Source of the DNA: Deltaproteobacteria bacterium
GTDB taxonomy: Bacteria > Myxococcota_A > UBA9160 > SMWR01
Reading direction: 5' to 3'
Length of the DNA stretch: 64,000 nt
Assembly: GCA_032128115.1 (NCBI GenBank)
Contig: JAQBHB010000093.1
Location: forward strand, 64,001 to 128,000
In this document: positions 28,558-37,722 of the stretch, one piece after another
Layout: every line of letters starts with the position of its first letter
How positions within the stretch are numbered: position 1 is the stretch's first letter
The notes under the pieces: model-generated
What the model was told of the DNA's origin: nothing
The model's input: only the letters and a program-made list of their open reading frames with translations
Database searches by the model: none
Made by a program: the position numbers and the translations under genes

Positions 28558-30180
28558 ATGACGGACCCGATCGGCGCCCTGCCTCGCGGCGCGCTCACCG
28601 CCGTCCTGGTCGCTGCCAGCGTGCTCTTCGTCGCGTTGCGAGCGCCCTACTGGTCGGTTCCCCTGGAGCGCGACGAGGGCGAGTACGCCTACGTGGCACA
28701 GCGCATGCTGCAGGGCGAGGTTCCGTACCGCGACGCTTTCGACCAGAAGCCGCCTGGCGTTTTCCTGGTCTACGCCGCGGCGTTCGTCGCGTTCGGCGAG
28801 TCGATCGAATCCATCCATGGAATGATGCACCTCTTCAGTGCGGCCACCGCCCTGGTGTTGTGGTTGCTGGTGCGTCGCCTGGCGGGAGACGCCGCTAGCG
28901 CCTTTTCGGTACTGGCTTTCGCCGTGATGTCCACCGACTCGCGGATCGTGGCCACGGCGGCCAACACCGAGATCTTCATGCTGTTGCCCCTCTCGCTCTG
29001 CATGCTTGCACTGGTGCGAGCGCTGGAGGACGGTCGGGCGCGCTGGTGGCTGGCGTGCGGTGCGTTCGCGCTGGGCGCGTGCTGGATCAAGCAGGTGGCG
29101 GCGGTCAACACGGTGTTCGTGGGCCTGTTCGCGGTGGGAAGTCTGGTCCGGCGGCGAGCCGGGGCCAGGCGTGTGCTTCGCGCGGTCGCTCTCATGCTGG
29201 CCGGCGGTGCTGTGGTCTCACTGCCGCTCGCGGCGTACTTCGCGTGGCATGGAGCCTGGGCGGAGTTCGTGGATGCGGTATTCCTGCACAATCTGGCGTA
29301 CAGCCAACGCATGTCGTGGGCGGCCGGATGTCGCAACGCCTGGATCGCCCTGGGACACCAGGCCCCGAGCCTTGCCGTCTTCTGGATCCTGACGCTCGCG
29401 GCGATCGTCTGGCCGCGCGCGGCGCCGCGCGAGATCCGGATCCTGCTGGCGGGGTGGACCGTGGCCTCCCTGCTGGGGGTGTCGATCGGGCTGTATTTCC
29501 GGCCCCATTACTTCATCCAGATGCTGCCGCCGCTGGCCGCCGCCGCGGGCGTGGCGGCCGGGGCAGTGGTGGGGGCCCTTCCGGCCCAACGGGCCCTGGT
29601 GCGAGGCGCGGTCGTGGCGGCTGCGATCGGAGTGCTTGGCGCGCCCGCCGTGGTGGCCAACTGGGCAACCCTGACTGCCGGGTCCCCCAACGCCGTGTCG
29701 CGCAGGATCTACGGACTGAACCCCTTCCCCGAGTCCCTGGAGATCGCCAAGTACATCCGGCGCACCAGTTCCCCGGACGATTCGATCTACGTGATGGGAT
29801 CCGAGCCCCAGATCTTCTTCTACGCCGAGCGCCGGAGCGCTACCCGTTACATCTTCTTCTATCCGTTGATGGGGGCATTTCCCGACGCGGGCCAGCGACA
29901 GCGGGAATTGATTCGCGAGGTCCAGGCCGCGAATCCACGCTATGTGGTGGTTGCCAACCTTTCCACGTCGCTGATGGCGAACTCCAACACGGATCCCTAC
30001 GTGTTCGACGAGACGAGGCGCTGGCTCGCGCGCCACTACCGGCTCGAATTCGTGGCGATTCCCCAGGCCGGGAAACGCGAATTCGATTTCATCTACGGGA
30101 GCGGCGCTCGCGCAGCCATGGGCGATTCGGACGCTCGAGCGGCGCCCCGGGCCTGGGTCGCGGTCTTCCGGCGCTCCTGA
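28558..30180 (+). CDS. ArnT/PMT-like (GT39/GT83) GT-C glycosyltransferase
   Basis: LERDEGEYAY, PYRDAFDQKPPG, ANTE, IKQ and HYFIQ; multiple TM segments plus a periplasmic C-terminal domain. Confidence 0.85.
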   Translation: MTDPIGALPRGALTAVLVAASVLFVALRAPYWSVPLERDEGEYAYVAQRMLQGEVPYRDAFDQKPPGVFLVYAAAFVAFGESIESIHGMMHLFSAATALVLWLLVRRLAGDAASAFSVLAFAVMSTDSRIVATAANTEIFMLLPLSLCMLALVRALEDGRARWWLACGAFALGACWIKQVAAVNTVFVGLFAVGSLVRRRAGARRVLRAVALMLAGGAVVSLPLAAYFAWHGAWAEFVDAVFLHNLAYSQRMSWAAGCRNAWIALGHQAPSLAVFWILTLAAIVWPRAAPREIRILLAGWTVASLLGVSIGLYFRPHYFIQMLPPLAAAAGVAAGAVVGALPAQRALVRGAVVAAAIGVLGAPAVVANWATLTAGSPNAVSRRIYGLNPFPESLEIAKYIRRTSSPDDSIYVMGSEPQIFFYAERRSATRYIFFYPLMGAFPDAGQRQRELIREVQAANPRYVVVANLSTSLMANSNTDPYVFDETRRWLARHYRLEFVAIPQAGKREFDFIYGSGARAAMGDSDARAAPRAWVAVFRRS

Positions 30181-30266
30181 GGATCCGCGGCCGGTATGCG
30201 ATAAGCTCGGCACGGCAGTTTCACGGCCCCCCGTTTGCGGACGGGCCCGCCACAGGAGGGATTCCA

Positions 30267-31049
30267 ATGAACCGCATCACTTCGGGACTTCTCGTCGTGT
30301 CCATGGCGCTCCTCGCCAGCGCCTGCGTGGTGATCGAGGATGGCGAGGTCGGTGTATCCAAGAGCTTCGGATCCATCCGCGACGAGCCGGTGGGTCAGGG
30401 CATCGTGATCCAGGTGCCGGTGATCCGGACCGTGGAAACCTGGGACGTCAAGCTTCAGGAGCTGAAGGAGACGGCGCAGGTGCCGTCGTCCGAGGGCCTC
30501 ATCGTCGGCCTGGATACCTCCATGTTGTTCCAGGTGCAGCCCGAAATGGCGCCGAGTATCCGCAAGACGGTGGGGTGGAACTACGTGAACACCCTGATCG
30601 TGCCCTATTTCCGCAACGCCGTGCGCGACGTGGTGAGTGGATATCCGGTGCGGAACATCTACGGCGAGGAGGGCCGCAAGGAGATCGCCCGCAAGGTGCG
30701 TGAGTTCCTGATCGAGAACCTGGAGCCCCGCGGCATCATCGTGGTGGACGTGCTCCTGCGCGACGTGAAGCTCCCGGAGAAGTTCAAGGATTCGATCGAG
30801 GCCAAGCTGACCGCCCAGCAAGTGGTGGCCCAGAAGCAGTTCGAGCTCGAGCAGGCCAAGAAGGACGCCGAGATCGAGGTGGCCCGGGCGAAGGGCGCCG
30901 CCGAGGCCCAGGAAATCGTGCGCTCGACCCTGAGCGACTCGTATCTGCAGTACCTGTGGATCAAGACCCTGAACGAGAATCCCAACGTGATCTACGTGGC
31001 CACCGAGGCCAACATGCCGATCTTCAAGAATGCGGCCGGGAGACGCTGA
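30267..31049 (+). CDS. SPFH/prohibitin-family lipoprotein
   Basis: Lipobox LLASAC, GEVGV, VLLRDVKLP..F..SIEAK and AEIEVARAKGAAEA; AGGAGG upstream. Confidence 0.9.
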   Translation: MNRITSGLLVVSMALLASACVVIEDGEVGVSKSFGSIRDEPVGQGIVIQVPVIRTVETWDVKLQELKETAQVPSSEGLIVGLDTSMLFQVQPEMAPSIRKTVGWNYVNTLIVPYFRNAVRDVVSGYPVRNIYGEEGRKEIARKVREFLIENLEPRGIIVVDVLLRDVKLPEKFKDSIEAKLTAQQVVAQKQFELEQAKKDAEIEVARAKGAAEAQEIVRSTLSDSYLQYLWIKTLNENPNVIYVATEANMPIFKNAAGRR

Positions 31050-31052
31050 GCT

Positions 31053-32429
31053 TCAACGCCGGCGCATGCGATAGACGACGCGTTCCGACCCGACCAGGGG
31101 TGTGGCGTCCTCCAGCGTGAAGCGCGTCGCGAACGCGGCCTCGAAGCCATTGCGGCTGTAGTCGGGAAACACGTCCTCGCGGGTCGCCAGCATGGTCTGG
31201 ACCCTGGGATCGCTCTTGGGCACGAACTCGACGATCAGACCCTCGGCCAGATCGGCGAAAAAACTGGCCACCTGGGGCAGGGGCACGTTGTTTCCGATGG
31301 CCAGGTGGTGCACCAGGGCCAGGGCCAGCAGCGCGTCGGCGCTCGCGCGATCCGCGAGCGAGGCGCGCTCCGCGTGGGCCCAGCCCAGCGCCGGACTGGG
31401 GTTGGTGAGATCCAGGACCAGCGGCAGCAGCTTCGACTCGCCGGTGTCGCGAGCGCGCCGGTAGCTGCGGTCGATGCAGGCCGGATCCTTGTCAAAGGAA
31501 ATGGTCTGGATGCCGCGCTCGGAGGCGATTCGACTGAACTCGCCGGTGTTTGCGCCCAGGTCCCAGACCCGGCCCGGCGCCAGCGTGTCCAGGTGCTGGG
31601 ACACGAGTCGTTGCTTGTGCTCGTGGGATGCCGGGGCGTAGCTGACACCCGCTGCGTAGTCGGCCCACTCGGTGCCGTCTGCGCGCCAACGGAGCCTCTT
31701 CACCGCAGACTCGAGCGCGCGGATCAGGTTTGCGTGGGCGGACTTCGAGAGCGGGCGCACCTTGGCGGCGGCGTCCGTGTCGGACCGGTAGCGCTGCTGG
31801 TATCCCGCGTGCATCCGGATGTGAAGGAACAGGTGCACGTTCAGCCAGGCCCGGGCTGGAAGCAGGCTTCGCGCCAGGTCGAGCGGGATTCCGTCCAGGT
31901 GGACGCGCAGCAGGCTCGAGAGTCTCACGTCCCGATACGCCATGAGCGCCAGGGGCGCCAGGAAGTGCTGGCAGAACTGCCGGTACCCGACCCACGGAGA
32001 CCCCTCCCGGTAGCGCTCGAAGGAGAGCGTGTCGATCCACAGCGGTCGGCCCCGGTGGAACTGCACGTTGTAGGCGCTGGCATCCTTGAGGGTCATATCG
32101 AAGCGCAGCGCCAGCTGTTGCACCTGCAGGGTGGCCAGTGCAGCATCCTGAAGCTGGCTGAACGACCACTCGTAGGGGTACGACACGAAATCCACGCGCT
32201 CGGGTCGCAGGATGCGGTGGGCTTCGCCCCGGGAGGCGGGCTCCCCTCGGGCTTCTTCGTGGGGGATCAGGAGATTTCGTTCCGTGAGCTCCCGGTACAG
32301 GCCGGATTCGACCAGGTGGTCGTAGTCGGGGGCGTATCGGGGGTTCACCTGGCGGTGAAGGATCCCGTCCCGCTCGAAGACGAAGCCGCTGGGGTCTCGG
32401 AAGGAGGAGCCGAGGGGCTCGTCAGCCAT
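31053..32429 (-). CDS. NoeA-like SAM-dependent methyltransferase
   Basis: SFRDPSGFVF, SYPYEWSFSQLQDAA, LKDASAYNVQF, WDLGANTGEFS, LALVHHLAI and VEFVPKSD. Confidence 0.82.
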   Translation of the reverse strand: MADEPLGSSFRDPSGFVFERDGILHRQVNPRYAPDYDHLVESGLYRELTERNLLIPHEEARGEPASRGEAHRILRPERVDFVSYPYEWSFSQLQDAALATLQVQQLALRFDMTLKDASAYNVQFHRGRPLWIDTLSFERYREGSPWVGYRQFCQHFLAPLALMAYRDVRLSSLLRVHLDGIPLDLARSLLPARAWLNVHLFLHIRMHAGYQQRYRSDTDAAAKVRPLSKSAHANLIRALESAVKRLRWRADGTEWADYAAGVSYAPASHEHKQRLVSQHLDTLAPGRVWDLGANTGEFSRIASERGIQTISFDKDPACIDRSYRRARDTGESKLLPLVLDLTNPSPALGWAHAERASLADRASADALLALALVHHLAIGNNVPLPQVASFFADLAEGLIVEFVPKSDPRVQTMLATREDVFPDYSRNGFEAAFATRFTLEDATPLVGSERVVYRMRRR

Positions 32430-32709
32430 CGTTGCGACGTGCACCCTTCTCGTCGTGGGAGGCTCTCTCGTCGTGGGCGGGCATCTGGGCGGGTCGGAAG
32501 AACTTCACGATCCTCTTCCAGTACGCGTTGAGGGCCACCACCGCGCCCGCGATCATCGCCACCAGGGCCTGCAGGATGAAGCTCCCCGCGCCAGGATCCA
32601 CATAGGCGAGGCGGAGCGCGGTTGCATCCAGTGTTGCAGCCGAGGCGGCGAGCCCCGTGGATGCCACCAGGGCCAGGGCGAGGACCAGAGGGCGTCGGCA
32701 GCGCGGCAT
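32422..32709 (-). CDS. Small membrane protein with a YVDPGAGS motif
   Basis: LAYVDPGAGSFILQALVAMIAG..YWKRI; its stop overlaps the start of the NoeA-like gene. Confidence 0.7.
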   Translation of the reverse strand: MPRCRRPLVLALALVASTGLAASAATLDATALRLAYVDPGAGSFILQALVAMIAGAVVALNAYWKRIVKFFRPAQMPAHDERASHDEKGARRNDG

Positions 32710-32810
32710 GGAGTTCCTCGGATGGGTCGCGAATGCCCCCGTGGGCCCCATTGTGCCATTCTCCCCATCCCGCTTTCAACCGCGGCGCGCGGCGGGGGGT
32801 AGGGTTGTGG

Positions 32811-34676
32811 GTGCCATTGGACGCCGAAGCCACCTCCCACGGCGACCCGGTCCGCCGGGCGATCGATGTGCTCGGCCCCCTCGGCCTGGTGGCGCTGTTC
32901 GCAGCGCTGGCAGCCTGGAGCTGGGGCAAGTGGACCGATGTCCAGATCGATTTCGGTACCGAACTCTACCTGCCGTGGCGGATCAGCCTGGGCGATGCCC
33001 TCTATCGCGATCTCGCATCGCGCAATGGGCCCCTGTCTCATCATCTGAACGCGCTGTGGTTCCTGCTCTTCGGGGTCTCGTTGCGGACGCTGGTGTTCGC
33101 CAACCTCGCGATTCTCGCGGCGATCTCCGCCATGACCTGGGCGATCTTCCGAAGCGCTTGCGGTGCGGCGACCGCGACCGGGGTGTGCGCCGTCCTGCTG
33201 ACCGTTTTTGGCTTCTCCCAGTATGTGGCCATCGGCAATTACAACTATGTGACGCCCTATCAGCACGCCCAGACCCACGGTCTGGCGTTGTCGATCGCGA
33301 TGCTGCTGGCCCTGGCCCGGTACCTTCGGAGCCGTCGCCTCGGGTGGATGGCACTCGCCGGGGCGTGTCTCGGTCTGGTGCTTCTCACCAAGGCGGAGAT
33401 CGCGGTGGCCGCGGTTTCGGCTGCCGTGGTGGGCGGGGTGTGCGTCGGCGTGTCGGAGCCGCGCGATCCGAAGCGGTGGGCGAAGCTCGCGCTCGCGTTC
33501 GCCGGCGCTGCCTGCGTTCCTCCGCTGCTTGCTTTTGCCTGGCTCGCGGCGTGCATGCCGCCGGACATGGCCCGCGTCGGCGTTCTCGGTAACTGGGCCT
33601 ACCTGGACGTCGACCTGGTGAGGGATCATTTCTACGTGCACGGCGCGGGCTTCGATCGGCTGGGTGCGAACCTGGCGCGGGCGCTGGGCATGGGTCTCGC
33701 GATCGGCGCACTTCCAGCGGCGGCGTGGGCCGTGGAGCGCACCGCACCACCCGGTCGCTGGCGGACTCCGGCCGCGCTGGTCGCGGCAGGTCTCGGCTAC
33801 GGCATCCTGGCGGCCCCGGGGGTGGTGCCCTGGCTGCAGGTGCCTCGGGGCCTGCCCGTCACGACACTTGCCATCGGCACCGCGGTGGCCTCGATCTGTT
33901 GGCAACGGCGAGGCGACCGGGAAGCCGTGGCGCAGTGGGGGCCGCTGGTGCTGTGGTCGGTCTTCGCCCTGGTGCTGCTGGGCAAGATGATCCTGCGCGC
34001 CCGCATCCACCAATACGGTTTCGCGCTGGCGATGCCCGCGACCCTGCTGCTGGTGGCGGCCCTGGTCCGCCTGCTTCCCGCCTGGTCCCGCGCGCGCTTG
34101 CGCGGCGGCTTGTTCAGTCTGGCGCTGGGACTCGCGGGGGTGGCGGCGGGGGTTGGTTTCTACCTGCAGCGATCGAACGACTTCTACGCGCACAAGGACT
34201 TCGCGGTGGGAAGCGGCGGCGATCGCCTCCTGGTAGAGCCGGCGCCGGTGAACGCCCGCGGGCCGCGGGTGGCCGAGACGCTTGCGCGCCTGGGGGAGGT
34301 CGCCCCGGTCGGCTCGAGTCTTCTGGTTCTGCCTGAGGGGCTGATCCTCAACTATTGGCTTCGACTTGAAAATCCAGCCCGGTATGGTCTCTTTCTTCCA
34401 ACCGAAATCGCTGCCGCGGGGGGCGGCGTCGCCATGTTGGATGACGTGCGCGCGGCCGCCCCCGACACCATCGTGTTGATGCACCGGGATCTCGCCGAGT
34501 TCGGGACACCGGCGTTCGGAAAAGCGTTGAGCAGTGGCCTCGAAATATTCGAGTGGGTGCAGGCCCACTACGAACGCACGCTGCTCATCGGCCCGCCGCC
34601 GTTCGGCGATAGCTTCGGCATCGAGATCCTCCGCCGCCGCGCGGGCTCGGGCGGACCTTCCTCAGGGCTCGACTGA
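32811..34676 (+). CDS. GT-C-fold membrane glycosyltransferase-like protein
   Basis: IDFGTELYLPWRI..GDALYRD..NGPLS after the first TM segment, LTKAE, many TM segments and a periplasmic C-terminal domain. Start uncertain (GTG 32811). Confidence 0.72.
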   Translation: MPLDAEATSHGDPVRRAIDVLGPLGLVALFAALAAWSWGKWTDVQIDFGTELYLPWRISLGDALYRDLASRNGPLSHHLNALWFLLFGVSLRTLVFANLAILAAISAMTWAIFRSACGAATATGVCAVLLTVFGFSQYVAIGNYNYVTPYQHAQTHGLALSIAMLLALARYLRSRRLGWMALAGACLGLVLLTKAEIAVAAVSAAVVGGVCVGVSEPRDPKRWAKLALAFAGAACVPPLLAFAWLAACMPPDMARVGVLGNWAYLDVDLVRDHFYVHGAGFDRLGANLARALGMGLAIGALPAAAWAVERTAPPGRWRTPAALVAAGLGYGILAAPGVVPWLQVPRGLPVTTLAIGTAVASICWQRRGDREAVAQWGPLVLWSVFALVLLGKMILRARIHQYGFALAMPATLLLVAALVRLLPAWSRARLRGGLFSLALGLAGVAAGVGFYLQRSNDFYAHKDFAVGSGGDRLLVEPAPVNARGPRVAETLARLGEVAPVGSSLLVLPEGLILNYWLRLENPARYGLFLPTEIAAAGGGVAMLDDVRAAAPDTIVLMHRDLAEFGTPAFGKALSSGLEIFEWVQAHYERTLLIGPPPFGDSFGIEILRRRAGSGGPSSGLD

Positions 34677-36065
34677 CGCCGCGTTCCGGTAGAGCGCCCA
34701 GTGGAATCCGGAGATCGCGGCGTGCGGGAACTCCGCCACCAGCGTGTAGAGGTGGCCCCGATCGTCGCGGATGCTCTCCGGCACCCGGGCCGGGTTCTCG
34801 AGCGCATGCCGGATCACCCATTCGGGTCCTCCCGGCGGCCGCTGCTCGGCCGTGCGGTAGTCCAGACGTCGGTTCGCCGGGAGCTCGCGCGCGTAGAAGC
34901 GCAGAACCGTTCCGTTTCGGAAGTCGTGGTCACTCGAGACCACGATCGCGGGCGAATCCGTCTCCCGCGCCATCCGCAACAGCGCCTCGCGATACCCGCC
35001 GCGCCCGTACTCGAGGAAGCCCCGGATGTGGACGGCGTTGCCCGCCAGGAAACCCGCCAGGAGCACCAGACTCGCGATTCGCCGCGCCCCTCCCCGCCGG
35101 TACAGGTCGCCAAGCAGGAAGGCCGAGAGCAGCAGCAACAAAGCGAGCGAGATCAGGAAGTAGCGGACGGCCACCACCTCGGGTCGCAGGCTGAGCATCA
35201 CCGCGACGGGCGCGATCCCGATGGCGATCGCGTACAGGATCCAGCTGTCGTCGCGCTGGCGTCGCAGCTGGCGGATCCCGAGCGCGAGAAGGCTCGCTCC
35301 CAGGCAGGCGTACGCGAAGCCCAGGTCGCGGCTCACCCGAAGCCCCAGGCCGAAGCCGAACGTGCGCGCCAGGACCTGGTCGGCGACTGCGGGAGGGCCT
35401 CCGCCCACGGTCATCGTGTGCAGGTCGACGGCGTACAGCGCCGCCAACCCCACCAGCGGCAGGACGTGGAGCGCGGCCAGGGCCCTCACGGCGCCGGGGC
35501 GTTGCCCCAGTTGTCGCCACGACCAGACCACCGCACCCGCGTAGAAGAAGCCGAAGGCCAGGTGCGACAGGAATCCCAGAAGGGCGCTGACCGCGAACAG
35601 GGCGCGGCACCCGGGCCGGTCGCGTTCGAGGGCCCAGAGGCAGATCAGCGCGAAGAACACAGCGTACGCGTAACCGCGTGCCTCGGAGGAGAAATGCACC
35701 AGGGCGAACGACCCGGCCGCGAGCCAGGCCGCGAATACCGCCTCCGGGCGGCCCTTCCGCCAGGCGATGGCCGCCGCCAGGCCCACGCTGGCCACGCCGG
35801 CCGCGAACGCGGGCACCCGGTACCACCACCAGTCCACATGCTCGCCCAGGGCGTAGTAGATCAGGGTGTTCAGATGGTGGTTGTTCGACTGGTGGATCCG
35901 CGTGAACACCTGCAGCGGCGAGTCCAACATGCGCATGCTGGACCAGGTCCAGATCTCGTCCAGCCAGAAGTCGCCGAAGACCGGGGGCCATCGCACCGCG
36001 GCAGCAACCGCCACCGCGGCGAGGCAAAGCGCCAGGGCGAGCCGCGACCGGGTTGTTTCGCTCAC
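34662..36065 (-). CDS. GT39-like GT-C glycosyltransferase
   Basis: FWLDEIWT, NNHHLN, YRVP, SSEARGYA and RYF; multiple TM segments. Confidence 0.8.
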   Translation of the reverse strand: MSETTRSRLALALCLAAVAVAAAVRWPPVFGDFWLDEIWTWSSMRMLDSPLQVFTRIHQSNNHHLNTLIYYALGEHVDWWWYRVPAFAAGVASVGLAAAIAWRKGRPEAVFAAWLAAGSFALVHFSSEARGYAYAVFFALICLWALERDRPGCRALFAVSALLGFLSHLAFGFFYAGAVVWSWRQLGQRPGAVRALAALHVLPLVGLAALYAVDLHTMTVGGGPPAVADQVLARTFGFGLGLRVSRDLGFAYACLGASLLALGIRQLRRQRDDSWILYAIAIGIAPVAVMLSLRPEVVAVRYFLISLALLLLLSAFLLGDLYRRGGARRIASLVLLAGFLAGNAVHIRGFLEYGRGGYREALLRMARETDSPAIVVSSDHDFRNGTVLRFYARELPANRRLDYRTAEQRPPGGPEWVIRHALENPARVPESIRDDRGHLYTLVAEFPHAAISGFHWALYRNAASVEP

Positions 36066-37579
36066 CGCCGCCTCTCATGGATCACCACGCCCTCGTAATC
36101 GCTCACACTTTCGAAGTGGTGGATCCGGATGTCCTCGCGGTTGCCCCAGGCGATGTCCGGAGCCGCGAGGACGTGGCGGTCGTAGACGTCGGGAGACAGG
36201 GATTCCAGCAGGATCTGTCGCACCCGTCTCTCCTCCCGGGTGTGGGCGTGGCGGCGCAGGATCAACCACTCGGCGTTCGCGGCCGGCGTGAGATCTTCTC
36301 CGGTGAGACCGCCCACGACCCGGAGATCGGTGTAGAACTTCACGGGGAGATCGCCATAGGTGATCGCCAGCGTATCGCCGGGCCGCGCGTGTTGGCGCAG
36401 GAATTCGACGATCCCCTCGATGGGACCGTCGTAGTCGTGGCTGAGCTCGTGGAGATAGGGAAACAGATTGCCGCAGACGGCCACCCAGAGGACGATCAGC
36501 GCAGCGCCCAGGAGCCGCGAGCGGCGGATCACGGCGCCCACTGCAAGCCCCGCCAGCAACAGAAGAGGCGGCGCCAGGGGTGCCAGGTAGCGCACGTAGG
36601 CGCCCGGGCTGGTGAGTGACAGGGCGGCCACGGTGACACCGCAGTAGAGCACCAGCAGCCACACGCCGCTTCGGGTGGCGCCGTCGGGGCCAGCTGCAGG
36701 TCTGCGGGCGATGGCGCGCCAGAGCAGGATTCCTGGCGGCACCAACAGGAACAGCGGGTGCAGGAAATCCGAGAGCGCGAGGCGCAGGTAGCGTCGCGCG
36801 TAGCGCAACGAACTGGCCGGATCCAGCAGGCGATCCGCGTAGTTCGCATGGTAGTTCCCGCTCCCGAACCACACGATCCAGGGCGCGTTGACCGCTGCGG
36901 TGGCGATCGCCGCGATCAGCGTATCCCTGAATCGGCTGCGCTCGAAAATCGCAGCGTGGATCAGCAGGGCTGCAAGTGTAGTCGCCGCGTACAGGTAGTG
37001 GCTGTGGAAGAGCAGGGTGGCGGCGATCCCCAACAGGACGATCGGCTTGCGCGAGCCCGGCGTCAAACGCGTGTAGGCGTGCAGGGCCAGCAGCGAGAAG
37101 AAGGCCGCCGCCAGATACCAGCGAGACTGTCGGGCCAGGAGCAGGAAGGGCACGCAGAGCGCCAACAGGATCGCCGCGGCCAGCGCCGAGCCGCGGTCGC
37201 GCCACAGGGCCAGGCCCGTGAAATACGTGAGCAGCACGCTGGCGATGCCCAGGAGCGCGAAGGGCAGTCGCGCCGCACCGGCGCTCTCTCCGAACAGGGC
37301 GAACGACGACGCCACCAGATAGAAGGACAACCACGGATGCCACTTCCAGATGCCGTCGTCGCCGTACTCCGCCCCGAGTTCCTGGGAGAAGGAGTTGCGG
37401 CCATCGCTGCCCAGGGGAATTCCGTTCTCCAGGGTCGAGCGTGCCAGGAGTGCCGTCTGGGCCTCGTCCTGCCACAGGTAGCGGTTGCCCAGACCGGGGA
37501 GCAGGAGCGCCGCCGCCAGCAGCAGCAACAGCATCACTTGGATTGGTTCGACGCCTCGAAGGGCCTGGCTGAGACGCAA
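36062..37579 (-). CDS. GT39/ArnT-like GT-C glycosyltransferase
   Basis: YLWQDEAQTA, WHPWL, ARLPFAL, RQSRWY and RYL; 4-bp overlap with the downstream GT gene. Confidence 0.82.
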   Translation of the reverse strand: MRLSQALRGVEPIQVMLLLLLAAALLLPGLGNRYLWQDEAQTALLARSTLENGIPLGSDGRNSFSQELGAEYGDDGIWKWHPWLSFYLVASSFALFGESAGAARLPFALLGIASVLLTYFTGLALWRDRGSALAAAILLALCVPFLLLARQSRWYLAAAFFSLLALHAYTRLTPGSRKPIVLLGIAATLLFHSHYLYAATTLAALLIHAAIFERSRFRDTLIAAIATAAVNAPWIVWFGSGNYHANYADRLLDPASSLRYARRYLRLALSDFLHPLFLLVPPGILLWRAIARRPAAGPDGATRSGVWLLVLYCGVTVAALSLTSPGAYVRYLAPLAPPLLLLAGLAVGAVIRRSRLLGAALIVLWVAVCGNLFPYLHELSHDYDGPIEGIVEFLRQHARPGDTLAITYGDLPVKFYTDLRVVGGLTGEDLTPAANAEWLILRRHAHTREERRVRQILLESLSPDVYDRHVLAAPDIAWGNREDIRIHHFESVSDYEGVVIHERRR

Positions 37580-37722
37580 CGGTCACCCCGCCACGCGGGT
37601 CCCGGAAGTGGGCGCCGCGCGAGGATAGCGAGGCCCGCGCGGGCCCGACGCGTGTCGGGTTCGCGGCGCTATGAGGTACCGTGCTTCGCTGCACAGGATC
37701 CAGAACGGGAGGGCGCCGGGCG

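Noticed and set aside
30208..30223. Sigma54-like CGGCACG-GCAG-TTTCA upstream of the SPFH gene
   Set aside because: It lacks the conserved -12 GC dinucleotide, so it is too weak to call.
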